Assembly: GCA_964577595.1 (NCBI GenBank)
Contig: CAZNZK010000001.1
Span: forward strand, 208,144 to 272,143
Origin: an uncultured Candidatus Saccharibacteria bacterium
Lineage (GTDB): Bacteria > Patescibacteriota > Minisyncoccia > Phycocordibacterales > JAKAEA01
Direction: 5' to 3'
Length of the DNA stretch: 64,000 nucleotides
Below the pieces are notes generated by a model. The model did not search any database. It was given only the letters and a program-made list of their open reading frames with translations, and was not told where the DNA came from. Positions within the stretch are counted from its first letter, which is position 1, and each line of letters begins with the position of its first letter. This document shows positions 27,910 through 39,200 of the stretch, piece by piece. The position numbers and the translations under genes were made by a program.

Positions 27910-29640
27910 TTATTCGGCCTTCTGCTCTTCTATTGCCTCATCAACTTCGTCCAGGTCAACTTCAATCGCTTCCTTAATTTCTTTTTCAGCCTTCGTTAAA
28001 ATTCTATCGTGCCGTAGATTTTGGAGGATTTCCAAATGTTTTTCTAAGCGCTTCTTCAAAAGAAGTAGTACTTTTGAGGTGCCATCTTTGAGCAAGACAC
28101 TTCGTATCCTAATACCGCTCTCTGAATTGGCATGATGGCGGCCCAGGAAATATGCCGCGAGAAGAAGGACGATGAGAATGAGCAGGGCAATAATTCCGAA
28201 ATTAAGCGCCACAAACGTGTGCGAGCCAATAGTGATCAACAATTGCGATGTGGCTGTGGTGTAGAGACGCGCCGACGACACTTTTGCATTGCCGGAGCCG
28301 GCTTCGGCCCACACGGTGTAATCGCCAGCCGCCAACGGACTGGTTGCCACAGAAAAGCTGGAATCGGAACCAGAGGTTGTTTGTAGGGCAACTGGGTTGT
28401 CAAAATTATGCTTCACATTGATAGTGATAGTGGTATTGGGACTCTGCGCAACGCCGCTAATAAGAAGCGGCTGGTTCGCAGGAACAATTCTGGGCAATGC
28501 GCTAAGCTGTGGCACCAGAATGGCGGTGGCGTGGAAACTACCCGAGGCCGAAGCACTATTGCCCGCCCGGTCAACAGCCACCAATTTCACGGTGTTGTCA
28601 CCGGAGGCATCAAACGGCAGAGCATAACTGCCGCCCGCAAAGTCGGCAGCGGAAATCGTTTTTACCAAAGCATCATTTATATAAATATCGTAGTGGTCAA
28701 TGCCGGAGGTTATGTCCTGAACCTGAGCGCTCATAGTGAGCACTTTAGCAGTATCGTCATAAGAAAATACTGCGTTGTTTTCCTGCGGAGCGGTGGTGTC
28801 TATTCTGGCGATATACGTACTTACTGGCCCCCAAGCATTTTCGTTATGAGCGCGGATTTTGAAATACCAAACTCCGTCCGCCAAGTCGGTAACGGTTTTC
28901 TGAGTAGTGGCAGGATTATAAATAACGTGCGGCACGCCACTGGTTGTGTTATCAATCGTCGTTTGTACCTCATCTACGCCATCAGGAAGAACCCATTGGA
29001 ATTCTGGACTACTGTTGTTATACCATTGGTCCTGGTTAGGATGAGTAGGTGAAGAAATCTGTAGTGCGAGGGCATCGGAGGAAGTGGTTGGGGGCGGAGG
29101 CGTTGGAGCCACTGGCGCGACAGGCGCCACTGGCGTGGGAGCCGCGCTCGGCCCAATAGTAAGCGCCACCCCTTTTTGACCATTAAGAACATTGGTGCCC
29201 AAGCCGTCGTTGGCCCGCACCGCATCGTCACTAGAAAAAACCAAATTGGCCTGGCCGGCCTGTTTTGCCCTGACTAAAATAGCCACAACGGCGCCGCTTG
29301 CGCCAGTGTAGCCGGGAGTAGGCACTCCTCCATTAAACGTAATGGTGCCTGCCGTGTTTGAAAATGTCGGATTCTGCACCCACAAAGAGAAAATGGAACT
29401 TGCACTGTTTACCGAAACAACACTCAAGAGGGCCGCTGGAAAATTAATTGTTGCCTGCGCATTATTTATAGCTACGCCTTGAGAATCTACCGTCACTAAT
29501 AATGTGGCAGTGTCGCCCGGCGCGAGCGTTGTTACGTTTGAGGCAATTTGCAGAGTGGCGGCGTGCACGCTACCGTATCCTAAAAAGAATACGCCGAGCG
29601 AAATTAGTGCACTACCATATAGTATTTTATTTTTTAACAT
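27910..29640 (-). CDS. Membrane-anchored surface protein: signal peptide, cohesin-like domain, Ig/FN3-like domains, C-terminal TM helix and charged cytoplasmic coiled tail.
   Basis: The N-terminal domain (ATLQIASNVTTLAPGDTATLLVTVDS...ATINFPAALLSVVSV...ITFNGG...AILVRAKQAGQANLVF) follows the type-I cohesin pattern (PGDTV..V......YD...L......G..F......G.FATI.AKV). It is paralogous to the downstream gene. C-terminal TM IIALLILIVLLLAAYFL. Confidence 0.65.
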   Translation of the reverse strand: MLKNKILYGSALISLGVFFLGYGSVHAATLQIASNVTTLAPGDTATLLVTVDSQGVAINNAQATINFPAALLSVVSVNSASSIFSLWVQNPTFSNTAGTITFNGGVPTPGYTGASGAVVAILVRAKQAGQANLVFSSDDAVRANDGLGTNVLNGQKGVALTIGPSAAPTPVAPVAPVAPTPPPPTTSSDALALQISSPTHPNQDQWYNNSSPEFQWVLPDGVDEVQTTIDNTTSGVPHVIYNPATTQKTVTDLADGVWYFKIRAHNENAWGPVSTYIARIDTTAPQENNAVFSYDDTAKVLTMSAQVQDITSGIDHYDIYINDALVKTISAADFAGGSYALPFDASGDNTVKLVAVDRAGNSASASGSFHATAILVPQLSALPRIVPANQPLLISGVAQSPNTTITINVKHNFDNPVALQTTSGSDSSFSVATSPLAAGDYTVWAEAGSGNAKVSSARLYTTATSQLLITIGSHTFVALNFGIIALLILIVLLLAAYFLGRHHANSESGIRIRSVLLKDGTSKVLLLLKKRLEKHLEILQNLRHDRILTKAEKEIKEAIEVDLDEVDEAIEEQKAE

Positions 29641-30292
29641 ACTTTTTGTAGCGGAACCAAAGAGCCACGCTTACCAAGCAGAGCACACCAACGGCCGATA
29701 GTAGAATAAGTATATCATTTTGCTCATGGGCAGATTGGGGAGATGTTTGGCTTGTAGCGTTAGTGGTTGGCAAAGGCACAACAATTCCCGGGCTCTGCCG
29801 ATTAACCGCAATGGCGATCGGCTGAGCCGTGACGTTCTCCTCGGTGCCCTGTCCATTATTAAGATAGACCGCGCCATTAGTTAACGACATTTGCACTGTG
29901 CCCGCCACGGCGGGTTTAATGCGCAAGCGAAAAAGGAGACCCTCGTGGTTAAACCCTCCGGGAATGCCGCCCGTAAAACTCACACTCGCCGTATCTGGGC
30001 TGTAATGGGGGGAAGTAGGCCAGAGACTTAAAAGAGACTTAGCTGTATCCGCCTCAACTGAAAGCTGGTCGCCGGCTATCCCCCCAAAATCAACAGAACC
30101 CTGTACGACGTTGAGATTTTGCGATTGAGGATCAACGCGAACTTCAACGATAGTGGCGGTATCTCCTGACACGGTATTCGGTACGACATTGAAAGTGATA
30201 AGAGCGGCCCGCGCGTCATGTGGCGAAACAAGTGCGCACAAGGCCGCAATTCCGATTACAAAAAAAGAAAAAAGTGAGTTACGCATGGTCAT
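29627..30292 (-). CDS. Membrane-anchored cohesin-like domain protein (signal peptide, single cohesin-like domain, C-terminal TM anchor).
   Basis: ALITFNVVPNTVSGDTATIVEVRVDP...VSFTGGIPGG...LLFRLRIKPAVAGTVQMSL cohesin-like pattern. C-terminal TM ILILLSAVGVLCLVSVALWF plus KKYVKK. Confidence 0.65.
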   Translation of the reverse strand: MTMRNSLFSFFVIGIAALCALVSPHDARAALITFNVVPNTVSGDTATIVEVRVDPQSQNLNVVQGSVDFGGIAGDQLSVEADTAKSLLSLWPTSPHYSPDTASVSFTGGIPGGFNHEGLLFRLRIKPAVAGTVQMSLTNGAVYLNNGQGTEENVTAQPIAIAVNRQSPGIVVPLPTTNATSQTSPQSAHEQNDILILLSAVGVLCLVSVALWFRYKKYVKK

Positions 30293-30298
30293 ACAACG

Positions 30299-33200
30299 TT
30301 AGTCTTTTAGCGCAAGGGCTGTGTCTGTCCATTCATAGAGCATAATTGAAAAGTCTATGGAATCGACCTTGTTGTCGTGGTTAATATCTACCGAAGAATT
30401 TTTATATGGAGCCTTTGTTCCCCAAAATGCCAGGAGGATGGAGAAATCAATCGCGTCTACTCTGCCATCATGGTTAAAGTCGGATGTTGTCAATTTAGAA
30501 TTCACTAAATTAGGAGTGGCGACTACCAGGTTGCCCCCTCCACCTCCTCCCCCTCCTCCACCGCCACCTCCACCACCTCCTCCCCCGCCGCCATTAGTAG
30601 AAACGGGAGCGGTTGCGGTGAATGACTGGTCGGCCGTAGAAAAGCTGGAGCCAAATTGGACATTTAAATGAAACCAATAATTTCCGGCATTTGGCACCGT
30701 GGAATTGAGCGTTGTGTCAAAATTTTGACCGGGCTGGATAAGCTTGGCATTCTGGCCGTCAAAAATGTCGGCGCTACCGCACGAGCCCACCTCTGAACTG
30801 GTGACGCACCAGTTATATGTGTATTCAGATTGGGCCTGGCCTTCGTTGGTTATTCTAATCGCCGTGGAAATATTCGGAGTGGTTAGGCTCGGGAAACTCT
30901 GGATGAGGACTTGCGCTGGCGAGCCCGGCGTCGCGCTTACCACACCAGAAGGTGTGCCTTGATTGATGGCATTTTTAGCAATCACTCGGAAATTATACGC
31001 AACGTCGTTGGAAAGGCTCGTCACTGTTGTGGCAGGCGTAGTTCCTACTCCATCATCAAATATGGCCCAGGTGCCACCCGTAGCTAATTCGTATTCAACA
31101 ATGTAGTCGGCGATTGAGGAGCCCCCATCAGAAACGGGCGCTGACCAAGAAAGACCAATGCTACTGTCGGCGACTGTGGCTGTGAGGTTTTGCGGCGCGC
31201 TTGGAATACTTGCGGGCGTAATGGAGTTACTTGTTCCCGATGATGTACTCGTGCCTTCCGCGTTAGTGGCGCTAACGGTAAATGTATATGGTGTGCCGTT
31301 AGTGAGGCCGGTGACCGTGGCTACCGTAGAACCGCTCATGGCACTATGCAAGCCATCGTTGGAAGTAACCGTGTAATACAGGATGGTTGAGCCGCCGTTG
31401 AACGACGGGGCCGACCACGAAACAGTGGCGCTCGTATCGCCGGTCACGGCCGCAACGTTGGTCGGAGCGTTTGGAACGGTCGCCGGCGTTGTTGCGTTGC
31501 TGGAGAGTGAGGAGGTGCTTGTGCCAACCGAGTTCGTGGCAGTCACCGTAAAGGTGTAAGTGGTGCCGTTAATGAGGCCAGTGACGGTGATGGGCGAAGC
31601 GCCGCCCGAAGCAGTGTGACCATCGTTGGAAGTAACGGTGTATGAGGTGACCGTGGCGCCGCCAGTATTGCTTGGCGGAGTGAAGGTGACCGTGGCATTG
31701 CCATTTCCGCTAGTGGCAGTGACGCTCGTCGGCGCGTCGGGAACAGTAGCAGGCACGACTGAATTACTTGTACCTGAGGACGTACTGGTTCCAACAGCGT
31801 TGCTGGCGGTGACCGTGAACGTGTAGGTGGTGCCATTAGTGAGGCCGGTGATTGTTATAGGCGACGAGCCACCGGTTGCGGTGAATCCTCCGACATTTGA
31901 AGAAACCGTGTATGTCGTGATGGCCGAGCCGCCAGTGTTGCCAGGCGCTGTGAAAGTAATTGTGGCTTGGCCGTTGCCACCGGTGGCTGTGCCGATCGTC
32001 GGCGCATTCGGAATGGTAGCCGGCGTTACTGAATTAGTGGTGGCTGAAGGCGTGCTCGTACCAGCTGAGTTTGAGGCGGTCACCGTAAACGTATACGTGG
32101 TGCCATTAGTGAGGCCGGTGATTGTTATAGGCGAGGAACCACCCGTTGCCGTGTGCCCGTCGTTGGAAGTGACGGTGTAGTAAGAAATCGTGGATCCCCC
32201 ATTATTTCCGGGAGCCGAGAACGTGATAGTGGCTTGGCCATTTCCTCCGGTTGCCGTGCCAACAGAAGGCGCATTCGGAACTGTGGCCGGAGTGACCGAG
32301 CCACTAGCAGACGAGGCAGTGCTCGTGCCTGCAGAATTGGTGGCGGTAACCGTGAACGTGTATGCAGTGCCGTTGGTAAGGCCGGTGACGGTGATTGGAG
32401 ATGAACCGCCATTTGCCGTGTGGCCGTCGTTTGAGGTAACCGTATAGGTAGTGATTACGGAGCCACCGTTATTTCCGGGCGCGGTGAATGTGACGAGCAC
32501 CTGACCATTACCGCTCGTGACCGAACCGATTGTGGGCGCATCAGGAATAGTCGCTGAAGTGACTGAATTACTGGTGGCCGAAGCGGTACTCGTGCCCACG
32601 GAGTTGGTCGCGGTAACCGTGAACGTGTAGGTCGTGCCGTTGGTGAGGCCGGTCACCGTAATCGGCGAGGAACCGCCGGTTGCGCTGTGGCCGTCGTTAG
32701 AAGTGACGGTGTAGTACGAAATTGTTGCCCCTCCATTATTTCCGGGAGCCGAGAACGTGATGGTAGCCTGACCATTGCCGGAAGTGGCGGTACCTATGCT
32801 TGGAGCATTAGGAACAGTAGCTGGCGTGGCCGAATTAGAAGCGCTTGAAGCCGTACTCGTACCAGCGGAGTTGGAAGCCGTCACCGTAAAAGTATACGAC
32901 GTGCCGTTGGTGAGGCCGGTCACCGTAATCGGCGAGGAACCACCCGTTGCGCTGTGGCCGTCGTTGGAACTAACCGTGTAATAAGAAACGCTCGCGCCGC
33001 CGTTATTTCCGGGAGCCGTAAACGCGACGGTGACCTGACCATTTCCGGCAGTGGCGGGGCCAATTGTCGGCGCGTCGGGAACCGTTGCTGGCGTAACTGA
33101 ATTACTTGCGGCGGAAACAGTGCTTGTTCCTACTCCGTTGGTAGCCGTTACGGTAAATGTGTATGTAATACCGTTGGTGAGGCCGGTCACCGTAATCGGC

Positions 33201-36200
33201 GAGGAACCGCCCGTTGCGCTGTGGCCATCGTTTGAGGTGACGGTATAATACGAAATTGTTGAGCCGCCATAATTTACCGGTCCGGAGAAAGAGATTGTGG
33301 CCTCGCCAGGACTTTGTGTTGCCGTGCCAATGGTTGGAGCGTCAGGAACAGTCGCTGGCGTCACTGAATTTGAAACCGAAGAAGCGGTGCTTGTGCCGGC
33401 CGCATTCGTGGCAGTCACCGTAAACGTATAGGTGGTGCCATTCGTCAGGCCAGTAATTGTTACGGGCGAAGAACCGCCCGTGGCAGTGTGACCATCGTTG
33501 GAACTAACTGTGTAATAAGAAACTGTGGCCCCTCCATTATTTCCGGGAGCCGTAAAAGTAATGGTTGCTTGCCCGTTTCCGGAAGTAGCCGTGCCGATAG
33601 TTGGCGCATTCGGAGCCATGGCAGGAGTGACCGAGTTAGTCACGCTGGAAGCAGTGCTGGTACCCACGGCATTACTTGCTGAGACGGTGAATGTGTAGGT
33701 CGTACCGTTAGTGAGGCCGGTTATTGTTATAGGTGACGAACCGCCCGTGGCAGTGTGACCGTCATTAGAAGTGACAGTATATGAAGCCACAGTGGCTCCC
33801 CCATTATTTCCGAGTGTCGAGAACGAAATCGTGGCCTGCCCGTTTCCGCCAGCGGCAGTCACACCGCTAGGAGCATCTGGAACTGTAGCTGGCGTAACTG
33901 AATTTGAAACGGAAGAAGATGTACTGGTGCCCACACTATTAGTAGCGGTAACTGTGAATGTGTAGGTTGTACCGTTACTTAGTCCCGTAATAGTAATTGG
34001 GGATGAACCGCCGGTTGCCGTAAATCCGCCAATGTTTGAACTGACTGTGTAATACGTAATTGTGGAGCCTCCATTATTTCCGGGGGCCGAGAAAGAAATG
34101 GTAGCCTGACCATTGCCGCCAGTGGCGGGCCCAATTGTCGGCGCGTCGGGAACCGTTGTCGGCGTCACTGAATTTGAAACTGAAGAAGCTGTACTTGTGC
34201 CAACCGCGTTCGTAGCGGTCACCGTAAACGTATAGACCACACCATTAGTGAGGCCGGTCACCGTAATCGGCGAGGAACCGCCGGTTGCGCTGTGGCCGTC
34301 GTTGGAAGTGACGGTGTAGTACGAAATTGTTGAGCCGCCATAATTTACCGGTCTGGAGAAAGAGATTGTGGCTTCGCCAGGAGCTTCTGTTGCCGTTCCG
34401 ATGGTTGGAGCGTCAGGCGTCGTGGCCGGCACGACTGAACCGCTTGTGCCAGAAGGAGTACTTGTGCCAGCACCATTGGTCGCGGTCACCGTGAATGTGT
34501 AGGTCGCGCCGTTGGTGAGACCGGTAATGGTGATTGGTGAATTACCACCCGTCGCGGTGTGCGGTACGTCGGTCAGGGAATTGGAAGTGACGGTGTAATA
34601 GGTGATATTTGAACCATTGTTATTTGGCGCAGTGAACGTGACGGTGGCTTGGCCAGTGCCAGCAGTGGCAGAGACATTAGTTGGAAAATCTGGAGCCGCG
34701 GCGGGCATGACCGAATTACTTGTTCCCGATGAGGTGCTGGTGCCCACCGCATTGGTCGCGGTCACCGTAAACGTGTAGGTCGCGCCGTTGGTGAGACCGG
34801 TAATGGTGATTGGCGAATTACCACCCATCATAGTATGCGGTACATCGCTCAAGGAACTTGAGGTAACCGTGTAATACGAAATTGTTGAGCCGCCGTAATT
34901 TACCGGCCCGGAGAAAGAGATTGTGGCTTCACCAGGAGCTTCTGTTGCTGTTCCAATAGTTGGCGCGTCTGGAATGCTAATAGGTGTGACCGAATTACTT
35001 GTTCCCGATGAGGTGCTGGTGCCCACCGCATTGGTCGCGGTCACCGTAAACGTGTAGGTCGCGCCGTTGGTGAGACCGGTAATGGTGATTGGTGAAGTGC
35101 CACCAGTCGCGGTGTGCGGTACGTCGGTCATGGAGTTGGAAGTGACGGTGTAATACGAAATTGTTGAGCCGTTATTGGCTGGCGCGGTGAAGGTGACAGT
35201 GGCCTCGCCAGGACTTTGTGTTGCCGTTCCGATCGTCGGCGCGTCAGGAGAGGTAGCCGGCATGACCGAATTACTTGTTCCCGATGAGGTGCTGGTGCCC
35301 ACCGCATTGGTCGCGGTCACCGTAAACGTATAGACCACACCATTAGTGAGGCCGGTCACCGTAATCGGCGAGGAACCGCCGGTTGCGCTGTGGCCATCGT
35401 TTGAGGTAACCGTGTAGTACGAAATTGTTGAGCCGCCATAATTTACTGGTCCGGAGAAAGAGATTGTGGCTTCACCAGGAGCTTCTGTTGCTGTTCCAAT
35501 AGTTGGCGCGTCTGGAATGCTAATAGGTGTGACCGAATTACTCGATAACGAAGCACTGCTTGTGCCGATGCTATTTGTCGCGGTGACGGTGAAATAATAC
35601 GTTAGACCATTCGTAAGGCCCGTAATAACTATGGGCGATGCCCCACCAGTAATGCTATGCAAACCATCAGTAGAAGTGACGGTGTATGAAGTTATCGTCG
35701 AATAGCCATCATTAACGGGTGCGGTAAAAGTAACAATGGCTTCGCCAGGAGCTTCTGTCGCCGTTCCAATGATTGGCGCGTCCGGAGCGGTAGCGGGAGT
35801 GATTGGGAGTGAGGAAAGTGAGGGAGTGCTTGTTCCTACGCCGTTTGTCGCAGTGACGGTGAAGGTGTAGGTTGAGCCGTAGGTCAAGCCACTAATAGTT
35901 ATCGGTGAAGTGCCTCCACTCATAGTATGCGGAACATCACTCGTGGAATTGGAGGTTACGGTGTAGTACGAAATAGTGGAGCCGTTGCTGTTTGGATATG
36001 AAAAAGTAATCGTGGCTCCATCATCATTTCTGACTGCCGAAATAATTATCGGTTGGTCGGGAACGGTAGCTGGCATCACTGAAAGACTCGAACCTGAAGC
36101 GGTGCTCGTGCCAACCGAGTTGGTAGCAGTAACAGAGAAAGTGTACGTCGCGCCGTTAATCAAACCACCGATAGTGATGGGCGAAGCGCCTCCACTCATG

Positions 36201-39200
36201 GTATGCGGAGTATCACCCAAGGAGCTGGACGTCACGGTGTAGTACGAAATTGCGGAACCATTGTTGGCCGGTGTAGTGAACGTAATAGTAGCTGTGCCAG
36301 GACCCCCAGTAGCGGAGGTGATGACGGGAGCGTCTGGAGCAATAGCTGGCATCACGGAACCACTCGTGTTTGACATGGTACTGGTACCAACGCCATTGGT
36401 CGCAGTAACGGTGAACGTGTAGTTAACACCATTAGTAAGATTAATAATTGTAATTGGTGATGAGCCGCCGTACGCCGTGTCACCGTAATTAGAGGTGACG
36501 GTGTAATACGAAATAGTGGAGCCGTTATTGGCCGGTGTAGTAAAAGTGATGGTTGCCGAACCGGGGCCGCCAGTAGCGGAGGTGATGACGGGAGCGTCTG
36601 GAGTTGTGGCGGGCATAACAGAACCACTAGTGTTTGACATGGTGCTTGTGCCAGCAGAATTCGTGGCCGTCACCGTGAACGTGTAGTTAATACCATTGGT
36701 GAGATTGGTAATTGTAATTGGCGACGAACCACCGATTGCCGTGTCACCGTAATTAGAGGTGACGGTGTAATACGAAATAGTGGAGCCGTTATTGGCCGGT
36801 GTAGTAAAAGTGATGGTTGCCGAACCGGGGCCGCCAGTAGCGGAGGTGATGACGGGAGCATCGGGAACGGTGGCCGGCATCACGGAGTTGCTCGTGACCG
36901 AAGCCGTGCTGGTGCCGGTGGCATTAGTTGCTGTTACGGTAAAAGTGTATAGGACGCCATTAGTTAGGCCATAGATCGTAATTGGTGAATTACTGCCGGT
37001 TATTGTATGTGACACGTCGGCTAAAGAACTGGAAGTGACGGTGTAATAAGTGATAGCAGAACCACCAAGATTAGTCGGCGCTGTGAAAGTGATGGTAGCT
37101 TGGCCATTACCACCAACCGCGACAACGTTCGTCGGCGACCCTGAAACAGTTTGATAATCAAGATACGCATAAGTAGAGCTCGGAACAATATCCCAAATTG
37201 GCGTGGCAAAATCCCAGTTGGAATATGTGGCGAGCAACATCATTGAGTTGTTACTCTCGCTGTTCATACCGGAAGGATCCACAGCACCAGTGCCAAGACC
37301 GTTGTTGTGGAGCTTTCCAGAAGTGTCCGTATCCCAATAATCGGAAACATAGGTGCCGCCAGCACTGCCGGTCATACCGCCGACGTTGCGTACTCCCACC
37401 GTAGTACCATTCGCGCCGGCGCTACCGGTGCCACCCGCTCCACTACCGGTGCCAGTAGCACCACCCGCACCACCGAGAGCGGCAAGAGTGCTTGTGCCTG
37501 AAGGCGCGCCAATTGAATACGCGTTCGTAACCGTTGCAGTGTTGCTACCCATCAGGCCGCCGATGTATGCATTACCGCCGTTGCCGCCAGTGCCACCATT
37601 CAAACCGGCGCCAGCGGTACCCAATGTACTTCCGCCACCTTTAGCACCACCGGCGCCACCCTGGCCACCGTTGCCGCCTTTAGCGGCCAGGCCAGCAGTT
37701 GAGCTCGCGGTTCCTAATGCATAGGCATTAGTGATAGTTCCCGTATTTGTGCCGATTAAACCTCCGGCATACACATCACCGCCCGCGCCACCGTTGCCGC
37801 CGTTAGAACCATTCGTGGCCGGGCCACCGTTGCCGGTAGCGCCGGAGCCACCAACACCACCGTTGCCTCCTATGCCGCCAGTGGCGCCAACAATTCCATT
37901 GCCTCCAATCACCTTCACATTACCGGAAGCATAACTGGTGCTAATACTACCCGTTGAAATATTTCCGCCAACGAGCCCGCCGCCGTAGCTGAAGCCGCCA
38001 GTACCACCATTACCCTCTGTTACCACGCCACCACCAGTACCGCCAATGCCACCGCCACCTGTTCCGCCATTGCCACCAGTGCCAGCTACCCCAGCAAGAC
38101 CAGCCGCGCCACCGTTGCCGCCAACAATGGTAACGTTCCCCGCCGACCAGGAATATTGAATTATGCCCGCGGTGTAGTTATAACCGACTAGTCCCCCAGC
38201 GTAGGCCGCGCCGCCGTTGCCAGCCGCGGCAGTTGCTCCTTCTGCGCCACCCGTGCCACCAGCACCCGTTGCGCCGCCGTTGCCACCGACGCCACCTATA
38301 CCACCCGCGCCTCCGGCACCGCCGGTTGAACCATTAGCATTTACTGCTCCGATAGCATATGTCGTATATAAAGTACCTAAGTTATAGCCAGTAAAGCCTC
38401 CGGCATACGTGATACCGCCGTTAGTACCAGCGGTTCTACCCCCTGCCTGACCACCATTACTACCGTTGCTTGCGGAAGCGGCTGTGGTGGTACCTATACC
38501 ACCAGTGCCGCCAGCACCGCCAGCACCGCCAGCACCAGCAGTCGCCGTTACTGTTCCTAATGCATAAGAATCTTTAATAATCATGCCGGTAAAATTTTCT
38601 CCGGCAAAACCACCACCATAGACGATGCCAGCTGTGCCTGCGGCACCACCTGTTCCTCCAACGCCACCCTGGCCACCCACACCAACCGTGCCAACAAAAC
38701 CAGAAACGCCATTGCCACCAACACCGCCAGTACCGCCAGTGCCAGCAGTACCTGTGGCGTTATTAGTTGAATAAGAGTTGATCTCAATAAAACCATCGTT
38801 ATAACCAACAAAACCTCCTATATATAGAGCACCTCCCACGGCATTCGTGGCAGCAGAACCGCCGGTACCACCGCCACCGCCGATACCAACACTTCCAGCC
38901 GCGCCGCCGGTGCCGCCAGTACCTCCCGTGCCGCCGTTGCCGGCAATTCCAGTAACCGTTTGCCCAATAGCATAACTGGTGAGCGTTGTGTTTGTCGTGT
39001 CAATATTATTTCCAATCAGACCGCCGACATATGCCGCGCCGCCGGCGCCGGAAGCGCCTCCGTTGCCGCCCAATCCTCCCGCATGACCACCGACTCCCAA
39101 CGAGCCGTCACCACCCGTGCCGCCGTTACCGCCGGCGGCACCGTTGTTACCTATTGCCGTAACAGAACCGGCCGCGTACGAACTAATAATGACACCGTTG

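Noticed and set aside
30929-37208. Regular about 270-nt tandem repeats that could superficially suggest a CRISPR-like or satellite array
   Set aside because: The units are in-frame protein-coding (FN3-like). There is no short repeat/unique spacer alternation. They are far longer than CRISPR repeats.
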